Below, one piece after another: positions 11,101 to 25,259 of a stretch of 64,000 nucleotides of DNA. Below the pieces are notes generated by a model. The model ran no database searches, was not told where the DNA came from, and saw only the letters and a program-made list of their open reading frames with translations. The position numbers and the translations under genes are program-made. The stretch is taken from the NCBI GenBank assembly GCA_951406725.2, contig OX597833.1, positions 65,410,001 to 65,474,000 on the forward strand, written 5' to 3'. The stretch is from Octopus vulgaris. Taxonomy: Eukaryota. Position 1 is the first letter of the stretch. The number at the start of each line of letters is the position of its first letter.

Positions 11101-12117
11101 TCGCGAATTGGATGATGCTTGCTTTAACAATCCATGAATCCTATTGCCAGTCAAGTCAACTGAATCAGCGAAACATGGTTGATACAACGCGGACTGACTG
11201 ACTGATACTATGAGACATCGTAAAAAAAAATATAAAGCAGCTGGTCGATTTCATTGTCCATTCGCGATCAGATATTGGACTTCATTGAAACAACACCAAA
11301 GAAAGAAAAAAGCAAAGAGACAAAGAAACAAACAAAGAAAGAAAAAAAGAAAGAAAAAAGTTAAGTTTTGAAATTCAAAGATGAAAATCGAATATGAAGT
11401 TGCCATTTACAAAATATGGTAAAAACTTTTACAACAAAGAACAGAACACGTCTAAATATTTTATAATAATAAAATATATTTTCATTTATATACATCGTTA
11501 TAAAAGTTACGCAGACAGCCAGTTAATTCTTCAAAGCAAGTGAAAATGCCAACAGCTTTAAGTTACGTAACATCAAACAGAATGAAGAAATTTACAAAAA
11601 TAAAAATTCTATTTAAAAAAAAATTAATGTTTTGTATTAATGTTTGAGATATATTTTGTTCTCTTACGTAAATCTTTACAATATTTCGCTAAATATCCAA
11701 AAACATTGGATTAACAAGATTCCATGACACGACAAATTCTATAGAAAATTATTCCGGCTGCAGTTTAGAACTAAACAATTGTGTTTGGCGTTATTTTTAC
11801 TTTTTAATTTCAAGTTTGTTTTATCACACATTGTTAGAGTAAAATGGATGTTTATCAATGAAAACAGAGTCAACAATATAATTAAGTTATATGATAAGTG
11901 AATAAAATAATCAAATATTATGGAGATATACAATACCGTTGATTAGTTGTCAATATAATGTTTGTAACACGATATTAACGTTTCCACACAGGAACACACG
12001 AATATATTAAATGTAAAACGAATAAGGAAAATTAGAAACAAGATCGGTGTCAGGGGCACTAGGTGCAGCGGCCGCAAGTAACTAACTAACTCTAATGGTA
12101 ATAAGACTCAAAAATAT

Positions 12118-12399
<282 letters not shown>

Positions 12400-12537
12400 T
12401 GTATGTGTGTGTGTGTATTTGTGTGTGTGTGTGTGCGTGTGTGTGAATGGATGGATCAAAATAGTTTGATTCAAATTATTTCGTACTCTTGAGTTTCAAG
12501 AGTGATGCTAGTCGTAATGAATTTGGAATTTAAATAT

Positions 12538-12609
<72 letters not shown>

Positions 12610-12865
12610 GCACCCGCCATTGAGCGCATGAATGCTAAAGAAGGCGGAAAATATAGTACTCGAATACCGAAGGTAGAGTCATACGCTTTTATAAAACCTG
12701 GGAAGTTTTTCCGAAACTGTCATTCAGAGTCTCACGCTACTATTTGTTGGAAAGTTGTGATAACAAACGGGAATGTGAAACTGAGTTTGCGAAGAACAAT
12801 TTCAGCATTAATAAGAATATAAATACCATCTACTTGGTATTTTTGTATGTATGTATATATGTATT

Positions 12866-13061
12866 GGCGTAGCAGTGGCTGTGTGGGAAGTAGCTCGCTT
12901 ACGAACCAGATTGTTCCAGGTTCAATCACACTGCATGGCACCTTGGGCAAGTGTTTTCAACTATAGCTTCGGGCCGACCAAACCTTGTGATTTGGCAGAC
13001 GGAAATTGATAGAAGCCCGTCGTATATATGTATATACACACACACACACGCACACACACTC

Positions 13062-13108
<47 letters not shown>

Positions 13109-13354
13109 TGTATGTATGTATGTATGTATGTATGTATGTATGTATGTATGTGTGCATATGTTTGTGTGTCAGTGTTTGTTCCACCAACATCGCTTGACAA
13201 TCGATGCTGGTGTGTTTACGTCCCCGTAACTTAGCGGTTCAGCAAAACAGCTCGATAGAATAAGTCCTGCGGTCGATTTGCTCGACTAAAGGCGTGCTTC
13301 CATCAAGGCCACAGTCAAACGACTGAAACAAGTAAAAGAGTAAAAGACTAAAAG
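12866..13354 (+). mobile_element. SINE-A, full length, with internal (CA)/(TA)/(TATG)n
   Basis: Head ggcgtagcagtggctgtgtggg (A box) and ggttcaatcac (B box), CORE-like ccttgggcaagtg, tail gactgaaacaagtaaaagagtaaaag. Confidence 0.9.
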
Positions 13355-13565
13355 TGTATATATGTATGTGTATGTATGTATGTAGGTAGGTTGGTAGGTA
13401 GGTAGATAGGTAGGTAGGTAGGTAGGTAGGTAGATGCGTGGGCGCTCTATTCTGTCAGTGAACACTCTTAACGAAATATGAAAGTCTCCTTGTACATATA
13501 TTTGCATATATATATATATATATATATATATACACGTTGCTATTCCATTTAGGCCATTTATTCTA

Positions 13566-13612
<47 letters not shown>

Positions 13613-13613
<1 letters not shown>

Positions 13614-13752
13614 TTTATTTAAAGCAGCAGAAAATTCAACAAAACCTGCTGCTTATAATTTTTCTGCTGTTTTAAATAAAGCATATTACTCTACCACTGG
13701 TATTTGAGTACTCTTTTTTCCACCTTGTTTCACATTTATGTGTTTACTCCGG
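13613..13752. mobile_element. Short (TA)n-embedded element with terminal inverted segment; probable PLE terminus
   Basis: 13613-13636 is complementary to 13657-13681. 13678-13752 (aaagcatattactctaccactggtatttgagtactc...tttactccgg) recurs almost identically at 53221-53293, also between (TA)n tracts. A diverged reverse copy lies at about 12635-12700. Confidence 0.6.
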
Positions 13753-13810
13753 TATATACATATATATATATATATAAATATATATATATATTTATAAATA
13801 TATATATATT

Positions 13811-13861
<51 letters not shown>

Positions 13862-13867
<6 letters not shown>

Positions 13868-14328
13868 AACCACAGGAAAATTATTTACCATTTTTATTGT
13901 ATTACCATGTGGATTGCTCATTCCATTACGATTACCCAGAAGGCGCGCATGGCAGAATTTTGGAGGGAAAATTTACGTTCCCAGTCGTTACTTGGTTTTA
14001 GCATCTGCGCACTTCCCCCCCACTATCTGATGTCGCTGGGTCAGAAGCGAGGGCTGGTGACATTTGATAAAGCTAACGAATATAGCGCTGAAGAAGGAAT
14101 TCAAACTCCCCTTTTTTTAAGTTTGTGATCCAGAAACACCGTGTTCGCTATTAACGGTAAGTGACTGAATTCGTATATTTGCCACTCCGGTTTTGTGTAT
14201 GTGAGCCGCAAGGGCCTTCGTTTTTGGAATCTCGACTTATAGAAATGGAAAAAAGGGTCTTTGACTGCCATTTCTAATTCCTTCGGTATGAGGCAAAACA
14301 GCTCGCTGCTAGCCAACTTATTTTTCTT

Positions 14329-14332
<4 letters not shown>
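13862..14332 (+). mobile_element. Penelope-like element 3' end (GIY-YIG C-terminus plus pLTR) flanked by (TA)n
   Basis: ORF 13862-14128 contains QKARMAEFWRENLRSQSLLGFSI, resembling the PLE endonuclease end (R..E.FWI..L.T..P.GLN). It is followed by a hammerhead motif, and (TA)n flanks both sides. Confidence 0.6.
14082..14151 (+). ncRNA. Type I hammerhead ribozyme (PLE-associated)
   Basis: Stem I AUAGCG(14082-87)/CGCUAU(14146-51). Core CUGAAGA (14088-94). Stem II GGA..CAAACU/AGUUUG..UCC. GAAA (14133-36). Stem III ACA-CCG-UGU. Putative cleavage triplet GUU. Confidence 0.7.
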
Positions 14333-14377
<45 letters not shown>

Positions 14378-15156
14378 ACATTTAGAATAAATGGTGTAAA
14401 TATACACACACACATACGTTGTTATTCCATTTACACCATATTCTATTCTAAATATTCGCCTTCACGCATATTGTATATCTATTTATTTTACATCTGGGGT
14501 TGGCATTTTTCTTTCCTAAATTATTAGAAGTCAGTGTCGTTGTTATTGGTGATTGAGGTGGTGGTGGTGGCGGTAATGGCGGCTGCGTTGCTTCTGCTGT
14601 TGCAGTTGTTACTGCTGCTGTTGCTATGGCTGCTGTTGTTGTTGTTGTTGTCATTATTGTTGTTGTTGTTATGTTGTTGCTGTTAATGCATTCATACCAT
14701 ATTCTGCTTTATTCACGCAAGCTTTATCTTTCCGCTTTGCAAAGCTTTCCAAACGAAAAACAATGACGAAATAAATATTGACGGAACACACACATCAAAT
14801 TGCCGACCACTTATCATCGTTTTTATTACAATTATAGAGAAACCAGGCACAACGCCTGTCTCCCAAGCTTCTAATTAATCTCACCTTGCTCTGTCTCTAT
14901 CGCTTTATTCATCACTTGATATCAAATTTGTTTCGGTGAGTAGGAGAGACGTTGGTTAGCTGATGGATTTGGCTGGTCCGTCAGTCAGTCGGTCGGTCGG
15001 TCGGTCGGTCGGTCGGACGGACGGTTGGTTGGTTGGTTGGTTGGTTGGTTCATGCGTTTGTTCGTTCGCTGGAAGTGCTTTGGTCTTGATGAAGAGGCCA
15101 GAACCTCTTGTAATTTATATGCTTACACCTTCGAAAATTTTCTCTCTATACACATT

Positions 15157-15170
15157 AATTATCATCATCA

Positions 15171-15228
<58 letters not shown>

Positions 15229-15345
15229 CATCATCATTATTATCATTGCCTTTGCACAGCTTCTAACGCTAAATATGTACTACGGTGTCAGCTGTTCCCT
15301 GCCAGTGAAATAAGGTAACACCCCCTTTTTACGGGAACCTTCCAG

Positions 15346-15395
<50 letters not shown>
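15157..15395. repeat. (TTA)n array interrupted by an R4/Dong-like 3' end
   Basis: Direct inspection; the insert is at 15246-15347. Confidence 0.9.
15246..15347 (-). mobile_element. Heavily 5'-truncated (~100 bp) R4/Dong-like LINE 3' end
   Basis: Reverse complement (...gaacagctgacaccgtagtacatatttagcgttagaagctgtgcaaaggcaa) matches the 3' UTR at 34150-34227. Confidence 0.8.
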
Positions 15396-15397
<2 letters not shown>

Positions 15398-15419
15398 CCC
15401 CACCCACCCACTCCTGCCC

Positions 15420-16050
15420 TTGAAGGGAACCAGAAAGACAAAAATAATGTTTCAACCCGCTACTTATCCTAAAAAGTTCCAAAACGTAGATAGGAACATC
15501 CTGTCGTTTATAATAAAGCACTTCCCTGCTATCCATAACTACTATAAGATTTTTAATCCACACAATGTCAAGGCTAGCTGCACCTACTTAGAAAACATCG
15601 CTTCTAACACAACACGCTACAATAGTCGCAAGCACACACCTACATAACCTCTAACCTCAACTGGTAACTTTCGAAACTCCGAAACTCACCAGACGCTCTA
15701 CGAAAGTTCTTTTGGGTTACAAGACTGCTCTCACACCTTCTGATCACATCACAAGTCTTTACATGAACATGAGGACTAATGGCATCAACCAAAGGTACGC
15801 ACATTATATGCATTCTCTCAAATACAAGGATAAACAAAACTGCACCTTTTGGTCCCGCTTTATCTGGAGGCTTCACGGCATCCGGAATAACTCTCCCAAC
15901 ATCGGCTGGACCCTCATTCATGAGGCCTAAACTCACTCACCCAGCGCCCACAATTGCCAACTCTGCTTTCGCGAAAGATTGTATATTCTCCATCAATATT
16001 CAGTATCTCTCAATTCAAACTTATTCTTGTCACCAGAGGTACGCCCTCCG
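15420..16050 (+). pseudogene. Degenerate Penelope-like (Naiad/Nematis-type) ORF: linker plus GIY-YIG endonuclease
   Basis: RKTKIMFQPATYPKKFQNVDRNILSFIIKHFPAIHNYYKIFNPHNVKASC resembles RKIIWFNPPYS...FL.LI.KHFP..H...KIFN..TVK.SYS. NQRYAHYMHSLKYKDKQNCTFWSRFIWRL...IGWTLIHEA...NCQLCFRERLYIL resembles KQRY.NH..SF.....NST.LSK.IW.L...IKW.I....CNLCL.EK..I. Frameshifted, with stops. Confidence 0.75.
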
Positions 16051-16109
16051 GCTGAACTTGAAACTGCTCTTTGTTGTTTTTTTGTTTGTTTGTTGAGCGA
16101 AGTGGTCTT

Positions 16110-16445
16110 CATCCTTGGAGAAAGCCGAAACGTGGTCCTTTACTATTCGTAAGACCCGCAGAAGAGAAAGCAGGTCAACCTCCAACACCGAGAGCATCGA
16201 CGTATGGATGAATGCTCATCCAGGCTCAGCGGTTTTCTATGAAGTCGGGGACAAGAAACAGGAAGAAAGAGTGAGAGAAATTTGGAGCGAATGAGTACAA
16301 CAAGGGTTGCCACAACCCCCCTGTCGGAGATCGTGGAGCTTCAAGTGTTTTCGCTCAATAAACACACACAACGCCCGGACTGGAAATCGAAACCGCAATC
16401 TTCCGACCACGAGTCCGCTGCCCTAACCATAGGGCCATTGCGCTT
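16110..16445 (-). mobile_element. SINE-F (tRNA head, gagtgagagaaa module, distinct tail)
   Basis: Minus-strand head gaagcgcaatggccctatggttagggcagcggactcgtggtcggaagattgcggtttcgatttcc has A/B boxes. The internal module is shared with 4490-4518 and 32335-32390. Confidence 0.7.
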
Positions 16446-16492
16446 CCTGAAGCTGCTGTCCGCCGACAACCCAGATATATCATTTTAGTACT

Positions 16493-16723
16493 TATTTCTT
16501 TATTACCCACAAGGGGCTAAACACAGAGGGGACAAACAAGGACAGACATAGGTATTAAGTCGATTACATCGACCCCAGTGCGTAACTGGTACTTAATTTA
16601 TCGATCCCGAAAGGATGAAAGGCAAAGTCGACCTCGGCGGAATTTGAACTCAGAACGTAGCGACAAACGAAATACCGCTAAGCATTTCGCTCGGCGCGCT
16701 AACGTTTCTGCCAGCTCGCCGCC
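16493..16723 (-). mobile_element. SINE-B, full length, with 15-bp TSD
   Basis: Near-identical to the 6759-6991 copy. TSD tatcattttagtact at 16478-16492 and 16724-16738. Confidence 0.92.
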
Positions 16724-17349
16724 TATCATTTTAGTACTGTCTTCTCCATAACCAAGGTCAGGGTAAACTAACCTCTGTTGCCTCTACAGACAACAGGCTG
16801 ACTTTCCAGCCTTACGCATTTTCTGTAACCTTCTACAATTCTATTAAAGTGTGTGTGTGAATACGAATACACATACTCGCGTACACACACGTACATTTAT
16901 GAGTATGTGTGTGCGTTTGTGTATGTGAATGTATGTGTGAATCTATGTGTGTGTGTCTGTGTTTTTCTTTCTTACATTCTTCCTTTAGCACCACCAAAAC
17001 TTCATCCAACATCAAATCTATTTATACGCCGTTGTCACAGCGTGGAACCAAGCATAACACACCGGCGTATCAGTTCAGAATTCTTCTCCTACACTAGTCC
17101 ACTTGTGCGCACATCACAGCATACCAACATACACCAGACATACTCTCACGCACACACAAATACCACAAGTATGCTTATACACACACACACGTACACATGC
17201 TGCGAATGTAAACATACATACGTCAGTTCATACAGATATGTATGCACATGTTTATACATACACACACAAATACAGGCTTAGGCACATTCCTGCATACCAG
17301 ACATATTCATAATCACACACACACACTCATATATGCATCCCAAACACGT

Positions 17350-17398
<49 letters not shown>

Positions 17399-17454
17399 CG
17401 CAGCGAATATTAATACAGTTCATATTACACATACATATACACATACAGCAAATT

Positions 17455-17670
17455 TTGGTTTCAAATGTTAGCACAGGGCCAGCAAGTCCGGAGGAGGGTG
17501 TAAGTCAATTACATCGACCCTAGTGTACAACTGGTACGTATTCTATCGACTTTGGAAGTGATGAAGGGCGAAGTCGACCACGGCGCAACTTAAACTCAGA
17601 ACGTTCAGACGGACGAAATGCCGCTAAGCATTTTTCCCGATGTGTTAAAGATTCTGGCATCTCATAGGCT
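17455..17670 (-). mobile_element. SINE-B-like copy (alternative-tail subfamily)
   Basis: ggtttcaaatgttagcacagggccagcaa...aagtcaattacatcgaccc...aagtcgaccacggcg...gccgctaagcatttt. Confidence 0.7.
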
Positions 17671-18909
17671 TAACACACACCAAATATTATAAATAAATAT
17701 ATACATACATCAAATATTGGCTCACAGGTCTGCATGCACACACCCATGTACACAATCAGAGCTCAGCACATATGCACGCATTAATTCACAGGTATACACT
17801 CATACACGCATATACACATCTGATACACACGCACGCATATACGCGCACACACCTACACAAACGCGTGCACACGCAACAACGAACTGACGCTGTCGGCTTA
17901 CACACATACGGCGCATATATAAACAACAGATACACAAGAATACATTCTAGATACCCAAGCTCATGCACTCATACAGCAGGTATGCCTATGCACACACACA
18001 CACCTACACAGGTAGCTAAAAATACTCAGTGAGATGCCACGGACATCTTGAAACACGACGCCCGAGAAATACAGATGGGATATTTATTTTATACCTTTCA
18101 TATTTCTGATATTTTAATATTAGTATCAACACCATCATGCGACCCTCCTTGACAACCAGCCCGATTTACAATTGCTAACTTGCACTTTTGTCCATCTCTT
18201 CATTCGATCCCCAATGCTTGATGAGCTAGGTTCGAATGACGAGCTTACGAATTGTTAAACTGTATGGGCTCGGAATAAATTGTTATTTGCTTCAAATTCT
18301 GCCGGGGGTAAGTTGATTACATCGATCTTACTGGTCAGCCAGTACTTGTTTCCTCGACTGCAAAATGATGAAAGGCAAAATCTACCTCGACGGAATTGAA
18401 AGAAAGTTGGACGAATTGTCGCTCAGCTTCGCACCCCGCGTTCTCACAGCTCCGCCAGTTCGACGCTTTGGAACAAAGTATTATTAAAATATTATAAAAC
18501 TCTAACTCCTGCCAAATATGTAGAGTGCTTGTTTCGATTGGCACACACAATGGGACAACAGCTATATTAATTATGATTTCTTCAAAAGGGACACAGACCT
18601 GGAGTTTGTCACTTTTCTCTTCTTCTCGTTACATTTCAGCGCCACGTTTCTTAGCACTTTTCCTTCTCATATTTCTTCATGTTTTCTCTAAGAACAGCGT
18701 CCTGCTCTCCAAATTGATCTGACGGCATAAGATGATCTTTCAAGGATACTTTGAGAAACATGGTACATTACATAAATATGACAAACCATTGTAATCTACA
18801 GCATGGAGAAAAAAAAATCGCTTTTTAAAATTCCGTATATAGTAAATGATATTTAGATTTCACTCGATGTATTACTTCCTTGTTGATCATATGGAAGAAT
18901 AAATTATAT

Positions 18910-20420
<1,511 letters not shown>

Positions 20421-20761
20421 TCCCTTATATACATATATGGATAAGAGTTACTGTTTAATAATCTGTAACTCTCACGCCGATCAAATAATTATGAATATGG
20501 CTGAGTCGTATGATGGAGAAACTTGAAATAATGCCAGGTTATTGCATGTATGTATTCATATATTGACGGCTATATCGAACAAGCTGAGTGGGGGTGCTAG
20601 ATTCCCTTGTTCGAAAATGTAAAGAAACATATCGTGTCGTATAGCCAGCTGGAGACGATGTCTCCTGGGGCTAAATTACAGCAACATTCGTCCTAAACTA
20701 GGACTACCATGTTATATTGGCAAACAATATTTACTACAAACTACTGTTGCTGAATATCTCA

Positions 20762-20979
20762 CTCTCTTTACTCTTTACTCTTTTACTTGTTTCAGTCATT
20801 TGACTGCGGCCATGCTGGAGCACCGCCTTTAATCGAGCAACTCGACCCCGGGACTTATTCCTTTGTAAGCCCAGTACTTATTCTATCGGTCTCCTTTGCC
20901 GAACCGCTAAGTAACGGGGACATAAACACACCAGCATCGGTTGTCAAGCAATGCTAGGGGGACAAATACAGACACACAA

Positions 20980-21054
<75 letters not shown>

Positions 21055-21215
21055 TACGACGGGCTTCTTTCAGTTTCCGTCTACCAAATCCACTCACAAG
21101 GCTTTGGTCGGCCCGAGGCTATAGTAGAAGACACTTGCCCAAGGTGCCACGCAGTGGGACTGAACCCGGAACCATGTGGTTGGTAAACAAGCTACTTACC
21201 ACACAGCCACTCCTG
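20762..21215 (-). mobile_element. SINE-A, full length
   Basis: Family A consensus with internal (TA)n and a (ctttta)n tail. Confidence 0.92.
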
Positions 21216-21830
21216 AGATTTTAAAATAATAATTTTCTTAAATGACTTCAGTTTCCTTTTTGTGAAATAGCAAATGAAGCCTATTTTCCAACGCACAAAG
21301 CAGCTTCTTGTTTTCAATTCGTTTTCTATGCTTCACCTTCTCATTAATCTCTCTGCTTCTCTCTCTCTCTCTGTCTCTCTCGCTCTTTCGCACACCCTTT
21401 GTCTACGAATATCTATATGTGTGTGTGAGAGTGTTTGTGTGTATCTACACATATCTATCTCTCTTTCTTTCATTCTTTCAATTTCCTAAATATGTCTAAC
21501 TAATGCCTATTAGACGCGTAATATATATTTTTTTAATATTTCGATTAACGACTTTTTTTTTTTTTCAATCTATTCTCCGCTACATAACGCTGCATTTCAT
21601 GTCATTTATTATTTTATTAAACCTGACCCCTTTCAATAACAGCTCCTTTCATTTCTTATCCATTTCTCTCATTTTTCATTTAGGTTTTGTTTACGTCTGT
21701 TGTCCTGTCTCTTGTGAAAGTACGTCACATTGTTTTCTCTTTTGAAATGCGCCGAGTTATTTATGTTCGAACGCCGATAATAAAATAACGAACACTAGAA
21801 GAGCAATTGATCACATCTACACACGCATAG

Positions 21831-21865
<35 letters not shown>

Positions 21866-22654
21866 CTTTGTCTCTCTATCTCTTTTTCAAACACAGATAT
21901 TCATACACACACGCCACACATACGCAGACAACAGATGGATGTTTACAAGTGAAAGACACCAATACAGAAATATATATGAAAAAACATGAAATTTATACAG
22001 AAGCTAATAGAGAAAATATAATTCCATAGCCTTATTTGTCGTGCGTAAACATTTCTCTTCAATTCCAAAAAAAATACATAATTCTTCTCTTTGTTGTCTC
22101 ATTAATATTTTCGCTCGTTTTCCTAACAGCTCCTCAACAATAATAATTTTTCCGCTTTTCCATGAAATTCTTTCGCAATTTCAATTAGCCATTCTTATTC
22201 AAGAGGATCCCTTTCGCTTGAGGTCAATGATTTCAACGAAAGTTATTGAAATGAAAAGTGACGAAGACTTGACTGAAAATTAATGCTTAATGAATCTATT
22301 ACAGTGTAAGAAAAGAAATATTAATTGAATTTCATTGGTAATTGTCAATTGAAAAAAGTTAAATATTACGAAGATGGTAGAAATAAGGATGATGGAAAAT
22401 GGCGGACGGAGGCGAAACTAGGCTTTTTTTTTAATGATGGTGGAGACGTTATTGGTGTTGGAGATGGCGGTGGTTATGTCGGCGTTTGATTGTTGCTGGT
22501 CGATGAACGAAGGAACGATGGAAGCAGAGAGTTTTTGTCATACTTTTTAAAAGAACCGGATAAAAGTACAAAATACGGCAGTGGGGGGGGGGAGAAATTA
22601 ACAATCTGTGACAATAATGCTAATAGAACTTGATAATGACAATAATAATTGTAA

Positions 22655-22760
22655 TAATGATGGTGATGATGATGATGATGATGATGAGGAGGAGGAGGAG
22701 GAGGAGGAGGAGGATGATGATGATGATGGTGGTGGTGGTGGTGGTGGTGGTGGTGGTGGT

Positions 22761-22817
<57 letters not shown>

Positions 22818-22818
22818 A
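22655..22818. repeat. Compound trinucleotide array (GAT)n(GAG)n(GAT)n(GGT)n(GCT)n(GAT)n
   Basis: Direct inspection. Confidence 0.95.
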
Positions 22819-23149
22819 TTTACGATAATTACATAAAAATTGAATTTCTCATGTCCTCAATAATTTTCCTTTCTAACGTTCGTTGTCAAACCATATTTCC
22901 ATTAACCCATTCAGATACACACTCATATACACACACGCACACGCAATCATGCACACACTGACAGCAACGAACCACATCAGGCAACAACTCCATAATCACT
23001 CGTCTAAATGTGTCAATACAGAAGCAACAACGAGGTTTCCAGATCAAAAGTACTCATCTGTATATTCTCTTCTACCGAAAGAATATCCTTAATGTAGAAA
23101 GGACAACTATGTAATGAGCTTTCTGTTCAAAAAAATATATGAATACATA

Positions 23150-23406
23150 AAAATAAATAAATACGCCCTTTTAAAGCCTAGCTAGGCTCATGGTCCCAGT
23201 TTCCCGGTTTCAGTGGCGTATGTGTTCCCCAGCTGGACGGGACTTCAGTCCATCTCAGCGTTACTCATTTTTGCCAGCTGAGTGGACTGGAGCAACGTGA
23301 AATGAAGTGTTTTACTCAAGAACACAACGCGTCGCCCGATCCAGGAATCGAAACCACAACTTTACGTTCATGATGCTGACACCCTAACCACTAAGCCACG
23401 CGCCTC
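23150..23406 (-). mobile_element. SINE-C, full length (tRNA head, CORE-like domain), with 14-bp TSD
   Basis: Minus strand: gaggcgcgtggcttagtggttagg (A box), ggtttcgattcc (B box), tgtgttcttgagtaaaacacttcatttcacgttgctccagtccactcagctggcaaaaatgag, (TTTA)n tail. TSD tatatgaatacata at 23136-23149 and 23407-23420. Confidence 0.88.
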
Positions 23407-24838
23407 TATATGAATACATACATATCGCTTAATAAACTAAAATTACAACCGGAAGAGAAATGAATAATTACATTATATGAAAATTATAGTTAAGTAACAT
23501 CCAAAATTCAAGTGGCTAAAAAATTAAATGACAGTAGCGCATAAAACCAGAATTTAAATGGATCGTTGTTACGTGAAATAGTGACTCCACACATGTCATG
23601 TTTCGGTATAATTATTTCTCCTCAGTGAAGCTTACTCTAACATTCACATACTTGTTATCGAGCTGTCTATCAATTGCCTGTCTGCTAGATCTTGCAATGT
23701 CGTGTGGAATTACAATTTTGATCTGCAGACTATTAAATCGTCAATTTCCACATATTATTTACTCTCTACAGAAAACACGAAGAGTTGAAATCGAGGAAAG
23801 CTGGCCAACAGAATTTTTTTTTTAAAGTTCGTTATTTCTATATTGAATCAATTTCGGAAATAATTTCATAATAGATTTTTCCTCTTCAGTAGAAAATACG
23901 AAAATACATAAATGAAATACTTACATGCGCCCATGGAAAAAAGCCGAAGCAAAAATCATGAGTACATATAAGAACCCCAGATATATCTAAAAATAAAACC
24001 CTTTGGTTAGCCTCAGCACACGTGGGAACTGTTCCCCACTACAGCTTATAGTGGTTACCAGTCCCTATAGCGAATAGTAATACGTCTGCTACGAATATAG
24101 GATGAAGCTTTTTTACAGAAAAAAAATTTCGTCAAAAAATGTGGCAGCATATTAAAATACTTTTACGGTTAAAATTATAAACAACTTATAAACAAGGGCC
24201 AAAGAAAATTATGCAATTGTTAACGATATGAAAGATTAATGAGCTTTAACGACAATGTTTATGAAGTAACTTAGGGAAAGGAATAGAAAATGGATTAAAG
24301 CATATATAGTACATGGGATTAGTAGTGATAGTAGTTGTTAGTAATTTAGCATACGTTTCGGTTCTATTACAGCACTTCAGCGAACTGCAAAACACTAACT
24401 TAGTAGAATTCCCAGTAACTTGAGAATATATAGTGAATTTAGTTTGTATTAAAACGCTTGAGTTATTGAAAAAATTTCGAAACCAAGTTACGAAAATTTC
24501 CCAGAAACATCCCAATATTATCTAAATAACGAAATAAAAACGAATTAAGGAAACGTTGTGCTTGGAACGTAGTCCATTGTGATGTTGGTTCTACACAGAT
24601 ACAGATGGATATTCCGTCGCCAAATTCGTAGGCAGAGGCGCAGTGAATGAATGAGTGGTTAATCTTAAACTAGTATTCGGCGGTGTCATTCTTTCATTCT
24701 TCATCAATAAAAGAGAAGGAAAGAAACGAAGGAAAGGAATAATCAGGGATTTAGTCAAAATTTAAGGTCACTTAGTCTCCCGAGAATGTTTGTCGGCGAA
24801 GTGTAAATCTTCATAACTTTATCAGTCGCTGTGTTCCC

Positions 24839-24853
24839 AGCAGCAGCAGCTGC

Positions 24854-24885
<32 letters not shown>

Positions 24886-24892
24886 CAGCAGC

Positions 24893-24958
<66 letters not shown>

Positions 24959-24966
24959 CGTAGTAG
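24839..24966. repeat. (CAG)/(GTG)/(TAG)n compound array
   Basis: Direct inspection. Confidence 0.95.
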
Positions 24967-25040
24967 TTGAAGTTTTAGCAGCAGTAAAATTGTATGCGTT
25001 TCTTCTTTCTCCTTATATATATGCTCACACATACACACGC

Positions 25041-25136
<96 letters not shown>

Positions 25137-25168
25137 TCATACACACGTACACATACAAACACAGACAC

Positions 25169-25218
<50 letters not shown>

Positions 25219-25259
25219 ATGTATGTATGTATATATGTATGTATGTATGTATATCAAAG

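Noticed and set aside
13500-14370. CRISPR-like alternation of repeats and unique spacers
   Set aside because: The repeats are variable-length (TA)n, the inserts are retroelement fragments, the context is eukaryotic and there are no cas genes.
15420-16050. Selenoprotein-type (UGA-Sec) PLE
   Set aside because: Conserved Cys positions are TGC and no SECIS was recognised.
22608-22961. Poly-D/E/G/A ORF resembling an acidic protein exon
   Set aside because: Pure compound trinucleotide array, with no convincing splice context or non-repetitive coding sequence.
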